This document shows positions 26,855 through 35,815 of a stretch of 64,000 bases of DNA, piece by piece (the stretch's first letter is position 1; every line of letters starts with the position of its first letter). The translations under genes were made by a program, and so were the position numbers. Origin of the DNA: a virus (Duplodnaviria; Caudoviricetes). Under the pieces are notes generated by a model. That model was not told where the DNA came from, searched no databases, and saw nothing but the letters and a program-made list of their open reading frames with translations. The DNA is taken from positions 1-64,000 of IMG/VR virus record IMGVR_UViG_3300005535_000018; one strand, written 5' to 3'.

Positions 26855-28132
26855 ATGGCCGAGATCTACGAGGGCATCACCTACGTGATCCCGTGCGGCG
26901 GGGCGAAGCTCGATCACTCCGCGGCGGCCCGTGATCTGTATGTCGGGCAGATGTTCCGCCACACCCTCGCCAACACTGAGCGGCTCGCCGCGCTGGACGT
27001 GGCCGAGGGGCGGGGCCCGGCACGGGTGCTGATCCTGTCGGCCCGCTACGGCCTTGTCGACCTCGACCGGGTGGTCGAGCCGTACGACCTGCGCATGGAC
27101 CAGAAGGGGTCCGTGGCGGCCGACGTCATCACCGCGCAGGCCCTCGAGCTAGGCATCGACTGGGGGGCGCAGGTCTACGGGCTGCTGCCCCGGGCCTACC
27201 TCGCCCGCCTCGACGCGGCCCTGCGGCCCCTCGACATCTACGTGCAGGACGTCTACGAGGGCTGCGGCGGCATCGGCGAGCAGCGCCGGGTCAACGCCCT
27301 GATCGCCCGGCCCTTCGGGCCGGCGGCCGCGCCGGCCAGCGGCCCGGGCCCCGTGGTGTGGATCGGCGCCGACGTCGAAGCGTTCTGGTGGGGGCTGCCG
27401 ATCATGGTGTCGTACGGGCGGCTCCGCTCAGCCCGTACCCTGCCCGTCGCGTCGGCCCCGTGGGTGATCGACTCGCGCGGCTACACCGAGCTGACCCAGC
27501 ACGGCACGTGGACGATCGACCCGGCCACCTACGTCGCGGACCTTCGCCGCTACGCCGCCGAGATCGGCAACCTGGTGTGGGCCGTCGCGCAGGACTGGCC
27601 GGCCGGGGCGGCCCTGCTCGAGCGGACCGGCCTCACCGAGGCCGAGCATCAGGCCCGCACGGTCGCGTCGGTTGTGGAGCTGAGGGCGATGGCCCCCGAG
27701 CTACCGATCATCGCCGTCGTCACCGGCACCACAGTGGACGGTTACCTGCGCCACCTCGACCTGTACGCGGCCGCCGGCATCGACCTGCGCGCTGAGCAAC
27801 TCGTCGTCGGCGTCGGGGCGCTCGTGGGCCGCCCGGCCGGCGAGGTCGCCGCGATCGTGCGGGCCCTGTACGACGCGGGGCTGCGCCGCCTGCACGGCTT
27901 CGGCGTCAAGGGCCGCGTGCTGGAAGACATCGGCGCGCTGCTCGAATCGCTCGACTCAGCGTCGTGGTCGGCCGAGGCCCGCCACCAAACCGACGCCTGC
28001 CCCCACGGCCTCGTCACGTGGGAACGCAACTGCCCCCGCGCCGCCGTGGCATGGGCCGACCGCCAACGCGCCCGGGCCGCCGCCGGCACCGCCCAACCCG
28101 ACCTGTGGACCGACCTCGCTCAGGCCGCCTGA
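26855..28132 (+). CDS. Fusion of DUF6884-like domain and queuine-tRNA-ribosyltransferase (TGT/DpdA)-like DUF7221-type domain
   Basis: N-terminal VIPCGGAK...ARDLYVGQMF...ILSARYGLV...PYD; C-terminal IDSRGYTEL, AQDW, EHQARTV, LHGFGVK, SLDSASWS. Confidence 0.75.
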   Translation: MAEIYEGITYVIPCGGAKLDHSAAARDLYVGQMFRHTLANTERLAALDVAEGRGPARVLILSARYGLVDLDRVVEPYDLRMDQKGSVAADVITAQALELGIDWGAQVYGLLPRAYLARLDAALRPLDIYVQDVYEGCGGIGEQRRVNALIARPFGPAAAPASGPGPVVWIGADVEAFWWGLPIMVSYGRLRSARTLPVASAPWVIDSRGYTELTQHGTWTIDPATYVADLRRYAAEIGNLVWAVAQDWPAGAALLERTGLTEAEHQARTVASVVELRAMAPELPIIAVVTGTTVDGYLRHLDLYAAAGIDLRAEQLVVGVGALVGRPAGEVAAIVRALYDAGLRRLHGFGVKGRVLEDIGALLESLDSASWSAEARHQTDACPHGLVTWERNCPRAAVAWADRQRARAAAGTAQPDLWTDLAQAA

Positions 28133-28209
28133 GCACAACCCCCGCCACCGCCCAGTCAACCCGAGGAGCCACCTATGCCAGCGCCCACTGTCATGACCGG
28201 CGGCGCGTC

Positions 28210-28587
28210 GTGAGCCGCATCCGGAAGGCCTACCACGACCCGGAGGCCGAGACCCACTCGATCCCGACGTACTGGTGGAAGGGCGCCCCGGACGGCCTCA
28301 AGACCCGCCGGCAGCTCCGCAAGGACGGCCTCGCCCCTGGCGGGCAGGGGATCGCCGCGCAGGTGCTGTGGCACGGCGTCGGCGGTGAGCGGGTCGCGTA
28401 CCTGTACCGGGTCGAGCTGGCCAAGCCGAAACGCACCGCTACCCCGGCCCAGCTCGCCGCCGTCAACAAGGCCCTCGCCGCCCGCCGCACCTGCTCGACG
28501 TGCGGGCACGAGCGGCCGTACTACATCCCGCGCAGGTTCGGCGAGTGCCTGGACTGCATACCCGACGCCGTGTTGAGAGCTGCGTGA
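28210..28587 (+). CDS. RRQRL-motif zinc-binding protein
   Basis: APDGLKTRRQLRKDGLAPGG...AYLY...AKPKR..TPAQ..A...A.AARRTCSTC...CLDC. Confidence 0.8.
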   Translation: MSRIRKAYHDPEAETHSIPTYWWKGAPDGLKTRRQLRKDGLAPGGQGIAAQVLWHGVGGERVAYLYRVELAKPKRTATPAQLAAVNKALAARRTCSTCGHERPYYIPRRFGECLDCIPDAVLRAA

Positions 28588-28593
28588 TCCACT

Positions 28594-29190
28594 GTGGACG
28601 CTGTTGACCGTTTGGTGGCTGAGATCGCCGCCCCGATCATTCGCGAGCTGGGCCGGGTCGGCCTGGCCGAAGAGGAGATCCAAGCCGCCATGGCCCGGCA
28701 TCCCGCCGCGGCCGACCCGATCTGGCACGCGTTCGCGTTGCTGGTGCCGACCGGGGCGAAGGTTGGCCTGACCGATGCCGTCTACCGCAGCCATTGCCGC
28801 GAGCTGCTCGACCGGGTCGCCCTCGGCGCCGACCTGCGGGCCGGGACGGCGGCTGAGTGTTGTGTGGCGCTGTGCGAGGTGTCGACGGCGGTGCCGCTCA
28901 ACACTGTCGCGGCCGGCCTGTACCACCGGGTGTGGGCCCTGGCCGGGCTGCCCGAGATGGGCAACCGGGACCACTACGAGGCGCTGCGCTCGTCTGAGAT
29001 CGACGACGCGGAGTGGATGCTGCGGGCCAAGCTGTCGCAGCCGTGGCGGCGCCTGCCCAAGCCGATCGTCCACCGCACCCTGTGTCCGGCCAGCCTCGCC
29101 GTACCACGACCTCGCGACCCGGGTTTCTATGACCAGCGCGGGACGTGGGTGCCGCAGGCTCTGTTCAACCCGAGCGAGGTGACGTCATGA
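28594..29190 (+). CDS. Hypothetical protein
   Basis: VYRSHCRELLDRVA.G.DLR.GTAAE motif. Confidence 0.65.
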   Translation: MDAVDRLVAEIAAPIIRELGRVGLAEEEIQAAMARHPAAADPIWHAFALLVPTGAKVGLTDAVYRSHCRELLDRVALGADLRAGTAAECCVALCEVSTAVPLNTVAAGLYHRVWALAGLPEMGNRDHYEALRSSEIDDAEWMLRAKLSQPWRRLPKPIVHRTLCPASLAVPRPRDPGFYDQRGTWVPQALFNPSEVTS

Positions 29191-29696
29191 CGGCGGCCAC
29201 CGCCATCGAGGTGCCCGAGCTGCCGCACGAGCTGAGCCCCACCCCCACCGACCCGGCCTGCCCGGGCCGGATGCACGGCACCGTGTCGGCGTATCGCCGG
29301 CACGGCTGCAAGTGCCCCGAGGTGATGGAGCGTCAGCGTGCCTACCACCTGATGCTGGAGGCCCGGCACCGGGAGGAGATCGCCGCCGGGGTGCGTCAGC
29401 CGCGCCCGTCGAGGCGACCCCGGCCTCCGGTCGACGAGGGTGACGTTGAGGCCGCGTTCTGGGCTGCCAAGCGGCGGCTGCCGGTGCCGGCCGGGTTGAC
29501 GACGGCGGAACGGGTCGTGCTCGTCCACCGGCTGCACCTCCTACCCGGCACGACGTGGTGGGGGCCGATGTCGGCGGCTGAGATCGGCGAGCGTATCGAC
29601 CGGTCAACACGGCAGGTGCAGCGTTACTTGTCGATCGACCCGGCCGCGGCGTGGGCGGGTGAGGTCGACGAGGATGACGACGACGAGGGGGCGTAA
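29187..29696 (+). CDS. HTH protein with N-terminal HGT..Y..GC.C motif
   Basis: HGTVSAYRRHGCKC; MSAAEIGERIDRSTRQVQRY. Confidence 0.65.
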   Translation: MTAATAIEVPELPHELSPTPTDPACPGRMHGTVSAYRRHGCKCPEVMERQRAYHLMLEARHREEIAAGVRQPRPSRRPRPPVDEGDVEAAFWAAKRRLPVPAGLTTAERVVLVHRLHLLPGTTWWGPMSAAEIGERIDRSTRQVQRYLSIDPAAAWAGEVDEDDDDEGA

Positions 29697-29718
29697 GGCG
29701 TTTCGCCTCACGCCCCAC

Positions 29719-29755
29719 GCGGCGTGTTGACCGCATATGGCTTGACGGATAGCCT
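29719..29755 (+). promoter_or_regulatory. Class A promoter
   Basis: GCGGCGTG-TTGACC-N17-TAGCCT; shares 13 bp with an arm of the 25.2-kb palindrome. Confidence 0.6.
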
Positions 29756-29798
29756 TTCTACCGGGGGCGCTCGCCCCACAACCGAGGAGGCACCCCTG

Positions 29799-30224
29799 TT
29801 GACTCTGCTGCAACTCCCATCCGACCTCCGTCCGGCGCTGGGCCTCGAGCGGGGCCTGGCGTGCCCGTGGCCCCGCCCCAGCCCCGGCGACCTCGAGCTG
29901 ATGCGCCACGGCACCTACGGCCTGGTCGACGGGATTGAAGTGATCGGCTGGTACGGCATCGCCAAGCGGCTCGGCTTCCGCACCCGCAAGGGGGGCGTGG
30001 CTGAGCAGTCGGCCCGGTCGATGCCGGGTCGGGCCCCGGGGTTCCCGGGGCCGATGTTCGTCGTGCCGGCCGGCGGCACCATCGAAGTCGTCTTGTGTGA
30101 CTGGCCGGCTGTGCAGCAGTTCTCGATCCGGACCGGCCGGCTCGCCCCCGACGGGGTGACGCCGTTGCGGCTACGGCCCCGCCGCGGCCGCGCCAAGCAC
30201 CGCCGCCGCACCGCCCACGCATAA
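29799..30224 (+). CDS. Putative DNA-binding protein (AlpA/excisionase-like)
   Basis: GAGGAGG RBS then TTG; IGWYGIAKRLG...PGFPGP...DWPAVQQF. Confidence 0.5.
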   Translation: MTLLQLPSDLRPALGLERGLACPWPRPSPGDLELMRHGTYGLVDGIEVIGWYGIAKRLGFRTRKGGVAEQSARSMPGRAPGFPGPMFVVPAGGTIEVVLCDWPAVQQFSIRTGRLAPDGVTPLRLRPRRGRAKHRRRTAHA

Positions 30225-30372
30225 CGTGGCCCCTCCCCGTGCCAGCGCCAACCAGGACGGGAAGGGACCACCCACCACCACGGAAGGCCCCAATCAACCC
30301 GAATGAGGGCCCCACCGTTCGGCTCACGGTACAGAGTCGACGGGTGGGGATCCAAGAGAGAGCGAGCACCCC

Positions 30373-31485
30373 ATGCCCGATATCGACACCACACCCGAGG
30401 TCGAGGTGACGGCTGAGGCTGAGGCGCCGCCGGCCCCGGTCCGGTTGGCTCCGCTTCTGCACGCCATGGACCAGTACGACGGGCCCGACCAGCTCGCCGA
30501 GATGAAGGAGCTGGCCGAGTGGCTGGCCGCCTCGGCCGGGATGCTGTCTGAGCAGTACGCCGGCAAGCCGGCCAACATCGGCGTAGCGATCATGCAGGCC
30601 CGCCGGCTGCGTATCCCGATCGCGGCGGCCCTCGATGAGCTGTACTACGACGGGTCGGGCCAGGTCGCGATGAAGGCGAGCCTGATTCAGATGTTGGTGC
30701 GCCGCGCCGGCCACGCCATCATCATCCACCGCACCGACCGGCTCGAAGCGGTCATCGAGATCGAGCGGGGCGACGGCAAGCCGGGCGGCGTCGTGCGCTG
30801 GACCATCGACGAGGCCAGCGTGGCCGGGCTGCTCGAAAACGACATCTGGGCCAACTTCACCGCCGACTGTCTGTTCGCGCGGTGCATGGCCCGTCTCGCC
30901 CGCCAACACGCCGCTGACGCCACCGGCGGCGTCGTGTACGTGCCGGAGGAGCTTCAGTCCGGCTACGCCGATGGAGGCGACGCCGACGCCCAACTCACCG
31001 ACCGGACCGTCACTGAGCCGGTCGTGGCGCTGCTCGACGGGTTGGAGACGGCCGGCCACGCCGAGGTGCGGGCGAGGTGGCAGACCGCGATCGACCGGGG
31101 CCTGCTCAACGCGTACGCGGTCGACGGGCCGGGTGGGGTGGCGTTGTCGTTGGGGGCGGTGCTGCGCCGGGCCCTCGACGCGACGATGCCCCCGCCGAAG
31201 CAGCGGCCCGCCCCGCCCATCTCGGGCGCCCCGACCGGGTCGACCGCGCGGTGCGGGTTGTGCCCGGTCGACGAGGTCGTGATGACCGGCAACCACCGCG
31301 ACGGCTGCCCCCAGCACGTCGACGCCCCCGCCGCTGCGGGCGAACCCGACCCGTCCGGCATCACTTGGGTCGATGCCGAGTGGGGGCCCGTCACGCCGGC
31401 GAACACGCCCCCAGCTCGCCGCAAGCCGAAGGCCCGCCGCAAGGGCAAGGGCAAGGGTGGAGGTCGTCGTGGCGGGCGCCGCTGA
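30373..31485 (+). CDS. recT: RecT/Bet-like single-strand annealing protein
   Basis: LA.S.ML..QY.GKPANI..AI....L.I....AL; WTIDEA..AGL...W....LFARCMARLAR...D..GGVVYVPEEL. Confidence 0.75.
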   Translation: MPDIDTTPEVEVTAEAEAPPAPVRLAPLLHAMDQYDGPDQLAEMKELAEWLAASAGMLSEQYAGKPANIGVAIMQARRLRIPIAAALDELYYDGSGQVAMKASLIQMLVRRAGHAIIIHRTDRLEAVIEIERGDGKPGGVVRWTIDEASVAGLLENDIWANFTADCLFARCMARLARQHAADATGGVVYVPEELQSGYADGGDADAQLTDRTVTEPVVALLDGLETAGHAEVRARWQTAIDRGLLNAYAVDGPGGVALSLGAVLRRALDATMPPPKQRPAPPISGAPTGSTARCGLCPVDEVVMTGNHRDGCPQHVDAPAAAGEPDPSGITWVDAEWGPVTPANTPPARRKPKARRKGKGKGGGRRGGRR

Positions 31486-32437
31486 CGCCGTCCGGGCCCG
31501 GTATGTGACCGCCCTCGCCGAGGCCCACCGCGCTGAGAACATCGCCCGGGCCCGCCCGCCGCATCGGCTGTCCGTGTCGCGGCTCGGGGGCTGCACCCGG
31601 CAGGCCGGCTACGCCCTGTCCGGCACCCCGGTCAGCGACACGCCCCCGCCGGCCGAGGCCCGGGCCGCGAACCACGGCACCTGGATTCACAACGGGTTGC
31701 TGCCCCGCCTGGCCGACCAGGTCGGCGGCAAACACGAAACCGACGTCATCGCCCACGCCGCCGGGCTGGCCATCACAGGCCAGTCCGACCTGGCGGTGGT
31801 CGAGTCGGTTGACGGCGGCGAGATCGTCGACGTGAAGACCGTCAACGGGTTGGACCCGGTGCGCCGCTACGGCCCCCACGGCGAACATTGGGTGCAGGTG
31901 CTGGCCTACGCGTTGGGCGAGACGCAACGCACCGGCCGGCTCATCCGCTGGGCGGTGCTGATCTACCTCGACCGGAGCTCCGGCGAAGAGGAAGTGTTCG
32001 TGCGGGAGATCACCCCCGCGGTGCTGCTCGCAATCGTCGACCGGGTGCGGGAGATCGTGGCCGCGGCCGCCGACCCGGACACCGCCCCCCGCACCACGGC
32101 GGCGTTGCCGGGCGGGCGGCGGTGGCGCATGCGGGGGCCGGGCGCCTCGTACGAGTGCGACGAGTGTTGCTGGTTGGCGCGGTGCTGGCCCGGGGCGAAG
32201 CCGGGCGTGCGGGGGGCGCAAGCGGCGATCGTGCGGACCGACGCGGCGATCGAGGCGGCGCTGGGCGCCTACTCGGCCGCGGCCCGCGCCTCGTCCGACG
32301 CGGCCCTGGAGCAGGACTTTTGGCGGTCGGTGCTGGCCGGGTCACCGGCCGGCATCTACGGGGCGTGGCGTCTAACGTGGACAAAGAACGGATCGATCAG
32401 GGTGACCGCGGTGCGGGCCCTGGAGGAGGCGTCATGA
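31469..32437 (+). CDS. Cas4/RecE-like PD-(D/E)xK exonuclease
   Basis: SVSRLGGC.R, GTWIH, G.SD, IVDVKT, QVLAYA, CDECCW...C; paired with the RecT-like gene. Confidence 0.85.
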   Translation: MAGAADAVRARYVTALAEAHRAENIARARPPHRLSVSRLGGCTRQAGYALSGTPVSDTPPPAEARAANHGTWIHNGLLPRLADQVGGKHETDVIAHAAGLAITGQSDLAVVESVDGGEIVDVKTVNGLDPVRRYGPHGEHWVQVLAYALGETQRTGRLIRWAVLIYLDRSSGEEEVFVREITPAVLLAIVDRVREIVAAAADPDTAPRTTAALPGGRRWRMRGPGASYECDECCWLARCWPGAKPGVRGAQAAIVRTDAAIEAALGAYSAAARASSDAALEQDFWRSVLAGSPAGIYGAWRLTWTKNGSIRVTAVRALEEAS

Positions 32438-32781
32438 GGTTCAGGCTGCACGGCGTGCAGCGGTGGCTCGGCCGCGGCCGGCTCGAGGTGCTCGTTGATA
32501 ACGCCCTGATCGACTCGATGCCGCCCGAAGACGTCGAGCCGTTGGCCCGGTACCTGTACGCGATGTGTTGGCCCCGCCCCCGGCCCAGCGACAACGACGA
32601 GTGGGAGGAGTGGGCCGAGTTCTCGTTGGCCGCGACGATGTGGCTCGTCTACGGGGTGCTCGACGCGGCCGCGTTCCCGCTCGGGTCGGTGCCGCTGGAC
32701 AAGGAGGGCCGGGCCGGGCTGCCCCTGCCCTACCGTGACCGGCCCGAGCCGGTGGAGGTGCCCCGTGACGTCGTCGACTGA
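32434..32781 (+). CDS. Hypothetical protein
   Basis: GGAGGAGG RBS; ATGA overlap. Confidence 0.6.
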   Translation: MRFRLHGVQRWLGRGRLEVLVDNALIDSMPPEDVEPLARYLYAMCWPRPRPSDNDEWEEWAEFSLAATMWLVYGVLDAAAFPLGSVPLDKEGRAGLPLPYRDRPEPVEVPRDVVD

Positions 32782-32953
32782 CCCGGTCACCGGCCTCACC
32801 TGGGCGCCGGACGACTTCGATGAGGTCGACTACCCGGCCAAGTGTCGGCACTGCGCCCGGCCGATCAGGCCGCATCAGGCCTGGTGGCTTGACGAGGCTG
32901 GGCTGTTCCGGTGCATGAAGGACGTCGACCACTCCCCCATGCCGGCGCTGTAG
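32765..32953 (+). CDS. Small CxxC protein
   Basis: GGAGG RBS; CRHC...C..H. Confidence 0.55.
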   Translation: MTSSTDPVTGLTWAPDDFDEVDYPAKCRHCARPIRPHQAWWLDEAGLFRCMKDVDHSPMPAL

Positions 32954-33122
32954 CCTCGGCCCCCGCGCGCACAGAGCAGCGGCCCCCCGCCACGACATGA
33001 GTGGACCGGGGGCCGCTGCCACGCCAACAGGGAACACAAGCAAGTAGCAACCCCGCCTTGCCTCCGTCGACGCCCGGCCAGCATAGCGAAGTGGCCCGAG
33101 CTGGCGTACCTCCACGGTGCTG

Positions 33123-33155
33123 CGTGTTGAGCGCAGTGTGGATGGCTGCTAGTCT
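33123..33155 (+). promoter_or_regulatory. Class A promoter (probably leaderless)
   Basis: CGTG-TTGAGC-N17-TAGTCT, 7 nt before GTG 33163. Confidence 0.55.
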
Positions 33156-33162
33156 CCCGCGC

Positions 33163-34053
33163 GTGATCCCTTCGCAGAGCGACCCGACCGGCATCACCGA
33201 CGCGATCGTCGACCTGTTCGCGATGCGGGCCGTCCACGACCTGCCGTTGGCCCGGTACGTGGCGGGTGAGCCGGCCGAGGCCCGCCACACGATGCGCCTG
33301 CCAGCCGGCGACGACGAGGGCGAGGGCCGCTACCGGACGTTGCTGCGGGGCGAGCCGGCCGGCTGGTGCGACGGCCTGGCCACCGCCGCCGGCTTTCCCG
33401 AGCTGGTGCCGGCTCTCGCGGCCCGGCCGATGCCGCGGGTGCTGACCTTCGTCGAGGCGGCGGGGCTGCTGCCGTCGCTGGCCGACCCGGAAGCTTCGCT
33501 GACGACGTACGGGCTGGCCAACGCCGCCCAGAAGCTGTACCCGCTCTACGCCAACAACATCAACGCCCGCGGCCGGCAGCGTTACCTGTTCGAGCTGGAC
33601 GTGAAGGCGGCCGCCGCTGAACGTCGGCTGGCCACGGCCGAGCGGCCCTCGGCCCGGCTGCGTCAGGCCGTCGCGGCGGCGAAGGCGGAGTGGTTGGCGT
33701 TGCAACGGCTGCTGCCGGTGCCGATTCGCGAGCACATGGTGGATGTGGACCTGAGCCTGCCGCCCGGCCGGGTCCGGTTGGCGCTCGACCCGGAGGTGCT
33801 GAGCACCGCGGCGCTGTGTCTTGACGGGCTGCTGATCGCCGAACGGCAGGGGTGGCTGGTCTACCTGCACCCGGGGCCGGCCGGCCGGTCGTACGTGGTG
33901 TCGGTCGCCGATCGCGACGGCGGGCGCGTGGAGCGGGAGCTGCCGCAGGAGCGGGTGCTGTCCTGGTTGCTGGGGGTCGCCGACTGGCACGGCCGGCCCG
34001 ACCTGGTCGCGTACCGGTCCGGCCTGATCTTGACCGCCAGACCCCTAAATTAG
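33163..34053 (+). CDS. Hypothetical protein
   Basis: Long ORF with GC3-rich codons; possible HTH segment (LTFVEAAGLL). Confidence 0.65.
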   Translation: MIPSQSDPTGITDAIVDLFAMRAVHDLPLARYVAGEPAEARHTMRLPAGDDEGEGRYRTLLRGEPAGWCDGLATAAGFPELVPALAARPMPRVLTFVEAAGLLPSLADPEASLTTYGLANAAQKLYPLYANNINARGRQRYLFELDVKAAAAERRLATAERPSARLRQAVAAAKAEWLALQRLLPVPIREHMVDVDLSLPPGRVRLALDPEVLSTAALCLDGLLIAERQGWLVYLHPGPAGRSYVVSVADRDGGRVERELPQERVLSWLLGVADWHGRPDLVAYRSGLILTARPLN

Positions 34054-34096
34054 CCGTTCGGCTGATGTCGATATAGCCGAATGGCTACCTCTATGG

Positions 34097-34137
34097 TTGT
34101 GTACCCTTAGGGCCCTGTGGTATCTTAGAGACACAAC
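34097..34137 (+). promoter_or_regulatory. Conserved promoter/operator repeat (class B)
   Basis: TTGTGT-N18-TATCTT-AGAGACACAAC. Confidence 0.7.
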
Positions 34138-34730
34138 TCCACAGAGGCGAGCCACTCCGAACCGGAGCAGTGCAAGGGGAAGCCCAGGCAGACGGGCACA
34201 ACCAGAAGACCCAGGGCCACGAGATACACCGGGACACCACCGCGAGATCCCGCAAAGCCGAGAAACCTGGCAGAGGAAAACGACAGCCGAAGCGAAGCCC
34301 CCCCAAGTAGCCGGAACCGAGAAAACAGCGAGATCGCCTCGAGGAACACATCGAACGAAGACGCGGGGGCCCCGCACAGGGCCCCCCAAAACCCTGCCCC
34401 TCCAAAGGGGCTGAGGCGAAGAGGGAAGCCACCAACCAGCCAACGGCTGGCAGGGCGCCAAGAGCTAAGCAGACAGGGAGCGGCCCCGGCCGCCACGGAA
34501 CGGTGCAAGTCCGTCCTGGTCAAGCGGCGATCGGGAGCCCTCGCCCAGACAGCGGCCGGCCCGGCAGGCCCGACCCCCCTCAGCCCCTCTGAAGTGGCAG
34601 GGCCACAACCCCCGAGCCCGCGAGGCAGCGGCGTCGAGCGAAAGCTCCGCCAGCGCCCGGGCCAACCCCACCCCCGACCGGGGGGCCGCCGCGGGGGCGG
34701 CCAAACGGTCACCCAAACTTCGACCCCTGA
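34133..34730 (+). ncRNA. Candidate large structured U-poor non-coding RNA / leader
   Basis: Follows a class B promoter; no credible ORF; 14 T in 34141-34500; many hairpins, a GAAA tetraloop and a T-loop-like arm. Confidence 0.55.
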
Positions 34731-34739
34731 GGAGGGGCC

Positions 34740-35312
34740 ATGTACGTCCGTAACGCAAGCTCGATCAGCGGCAAGGTCATCGTCTGGGGCTTCGTCCTCG
34801 CGGCGGCCGGCCTGAGCGCGCACGACATCGTGACGCTGTTCGAGCGCATCGGCGCCCCGGCGCCGCTGTCCTGGCTCGCGCCCGTCTTCATCGACGGCGT
34901 GACGTGGCTGGGCAAGCTCATGCGGTCGCGATCGCTGAGCAGCAAGACCAACCAGGCTGGGTTGGTCTACCTGATCCTGGGCGGCGGCGCCTCGCTCGCC
35001 GCGAACCTGGCGGCTGGTGAGTCGCTCGGCATGAAGCTTCTCGGTCTGCTAGCCGTGACCGGCTTCATCCTGGGCGAGATCGCCCTTGGCCTGATCGAGG
35101 GTCGCGAGGTCGCCTCGGCGACCAAGCCGGCCGCAACGCGCTGGCAGCCCACGCCGGAGATGAAGGCGGCCGAGGAGACCTGGCGCAAGGCCAACGGTTA
35201 CTACGGCCCGAAGAAGACGGCCCAGGACCGGAACGCGATGACCACCAAGTACCGCAAGCGGGTGCTGGCCGAGCAGGCCAAGCAGCTCGCGGCGACCGGG
35301 GCCACCCCGTGA
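34740..35312 (+). CDS. DUF2637/SpdB-like membrane protein
   Basis: Four TM segments; LSAHDI...WLAPVFIDG...SLAANLAAG; GAGGAGG RBS. Confidence 0.65.
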   Translation: MYVRNASSISGKVIVWGFVLAAAGLSAHDIVTLFERIGAPAPLSWLAPVFIDGVTWLGKLMRSRSLSSKTNQAGLVYLILGGGASLAANLAAGESLGMKLLGLLAVTGFILGEIALGLIEGREVASATKPAATRWQPTPEMKAAEETWRKANGYYGPKKTAQDRNAMTTKYRKRVLAEQAKQLAATGATP

Positions 35313-35407
35313 ACCTCGGCTAGTCGGACCGACCGGTCCTGCTAGCCGGTGCGGTGAAAGACGAGGGGGGCGGGGACGTCCTAGCAGGGTCCCCGCCCCC
35401 CTCCCAA

Positions 35408-35479
35408 CTCCCCGAAGCGCCAAGGCGGCGCGCCGGCACACACGCCGGAGGCGACCCGGTTCGATTCCGGGCGGGGAGA
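35408..35479 (+). ncRNA. tRNA-like element 1 (6-nt anticodon loop, no CCA)
   Basis: Acceptor CTCCCCG/CGGGGAG; D stem GCGC/GCGC; stem CCGGC-ACACAC-GCCGG; T arm CCCGG-TTCGATT-CCGGG. Confidence 0.75.
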
Positions 35480-35514
35480 CGACCCCGAACCCCACCTTCC
35501 CGAAGGAGATCAAT

Positions 35515-35805
35515 ATGACCAACACCGAAGAGCCGGACCGGGAAGCCCTCGGCCAGCTCACCGCTAGCCGGGTCGACGCGATCCGGCTGGTGGTCGCCTG
35601 CTACCGCCGGCCGGCCGACGGTGCCGAAGAAGAGATCGAAGTCCTGACCCCCGAACAGGCCGGCTCATCGGGCTGGCTGATGCGGTGGCTCGACGGGCCC
35701 GACGGCTGGGCGTACCAGGCCGAGACCGAGGCAGACCAGCTGCCCGGCGCCCCGCAGGTCGAGGCGATCGACGCCCAGACCGTGATCCTCCGGCCGGCCC
35801 GCTGA
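35515..35805 (+). CDS. Small acidic hypothetical protein between the tRNA-like elements
   Basis: AAGGAG RBS. Confidence 0.65.
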   Translation: MTNTEEPDREALGQLTASRVDAIRLVVACYRRPADGAEEEIEVLTPEQAGSSGWLMRWLDGPDGWAYQAETEADQLPGAPQVEAIDAQTVILRPAR

Positions 35806-35815
35806 CCGGCCGGCC

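Noticed and set aside
31469-32437. Cas4 as evidence of a CRISPR system
   Set aside because: It is coupled to a RecT-like gene, the usual phage recombination pair; no cas1/cas2 or array
34045-34823. ORFs across the T-poor region on either strand
   Set aside because: No RBS, and codon and amino-acid composition simply mirror the nucleotide skew
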